Source of the DNA: a virus
IMG/VR virus record: IMGVR_UViG_3300007512_000012
Location: 32,001-96,000 of that record
Strand: one strand, 5' to 3'
Length of the DNA: 64,000 nucleotides
Position 1 is the first letter of the stretch, and every line of letters begins with the position of its first letter. Made by a program: the position numbers and the translations under genes. Of the stretch, positions 63,724 to 64,000 are shown piece by piece. The notes beneath the pieces are model-generated. The model saw only the letters and a list, made by a program, of their open reading frames with translations, was not told the DNA's origin and did not search any database.

Positions 63724-64000
63724 CTAGTCGATGACGTGCGTCCACCGGCCGTCCCAGGCCGGGCGCTTGACCTCGCGGAGGATGTTCAGGTTCGCGGCGA
63801 TGGTGTCGAACATCGCGGCCAGGTCGGCCAGGTCGTCGTGGGTCTTCATCCGCTTGACCGCCCGGATGAAGCGGTGCCGCACGAGGCCCTGCGTGACGCC
63901 GAGGCGCTTGGCGACCTCGCTCTGGCAGGTCGTCTCCCACATGAGGACCATGATCTTCGCGTCGAGCGGGTCGGGGAGGAAGCCGGTCATGGCCTCCTCC
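63724..64000 (-). CDS. Sigma70 region-4-like HTH protein (possibly truncated at its 5' end by the window edge)
   Basis: LDAKIMVLMWETTCQSEVAKRLGVTQGLVRHRFIRAVKRM; frame stays open to the window end. Confidence 0.6.
   Translation of the reverse strand, partial: EEAMTGFLPDPLDAKIMVLMWETTCQSEVAKRLGVTQGLVRHRFIRAVKRMKTHDDLADLAAMFDTIAANLNILREVKRPAWDGRWTHVID

Larger units (their letters stand above)
1..64000. mobile_element. Segment of a large myovirus-type phage genome (head, neck and tail module plus accessory islands)
   Basis: Terminase, portal, protease, capsid, neck and sheath genes are co-oriented on the minus strand with dense ATGA/GTGA overlaps; no cellular housekeeping operons. Confidence 0.93.

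Noticed and set aside
1-64000. Alternative genetic code, or tRNA genes accompanying the CCA-type enzyme
   Set aside because: TAG, TGA and TAA all end genes cleanly under code 11; I noticed no cloverleaf with a T-loop by eye (tRNAscan-SE not run)

Overview
This window is part of a large, high-GC (about 70% by eye) contractile-tailed dsDNA phage genome; I see no cellular housekeeping genes, rRNA, tRNA or CRISPR array. Most genes lie on the minus strand and form a morphogenesis region: sigma-like HTH, putative TerS, TerL, portal, a 2805-aa polyprotein, prohead protease, EF-hand scaffold, decoration protein and major capsid protein (protease and capsid resemble my recollection of the Bxz1/cluster C type). 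These are followed by two families of paralogous virion proteins, neck and head-closure proteins, a spanin-like pair, an actin-fold ATPase and a >969-aa tail sheath. Accessory islands carry thyX, dcd, HNH and GIY-YIG nucleases, a vWA protein and a HAD nucleotidase. Main findings: (1) the portal-linked 2805-aa polyprotein combines an intein-split CCA-type nucleotidyltransferase, a 2H phosphoesterase, two GNATs and a complete topoisomerase IB, joined by recurring [KR]-x-A linkers and an R[VL]AxR[YW] motif shared with other head-region proteins, suggesting a capsid-cargo targeting and processing system. (2) An ORF-free ~470-nt stretch downstream of the capsid gene has its own promoter, terminator, about a dozen hairpins and a kissing-loop pair, consistent with a large structured ncRNA. 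(3) A 97-bp in-frame inversion flanked by perfect 10-bp inverted repeats scrambles the nucleotidase. (4) A bipartite CCTAT-N12-R[TC]AG motif precedes 11 structural transcription units. All family calls come from motifs read by eye; no searches were run.
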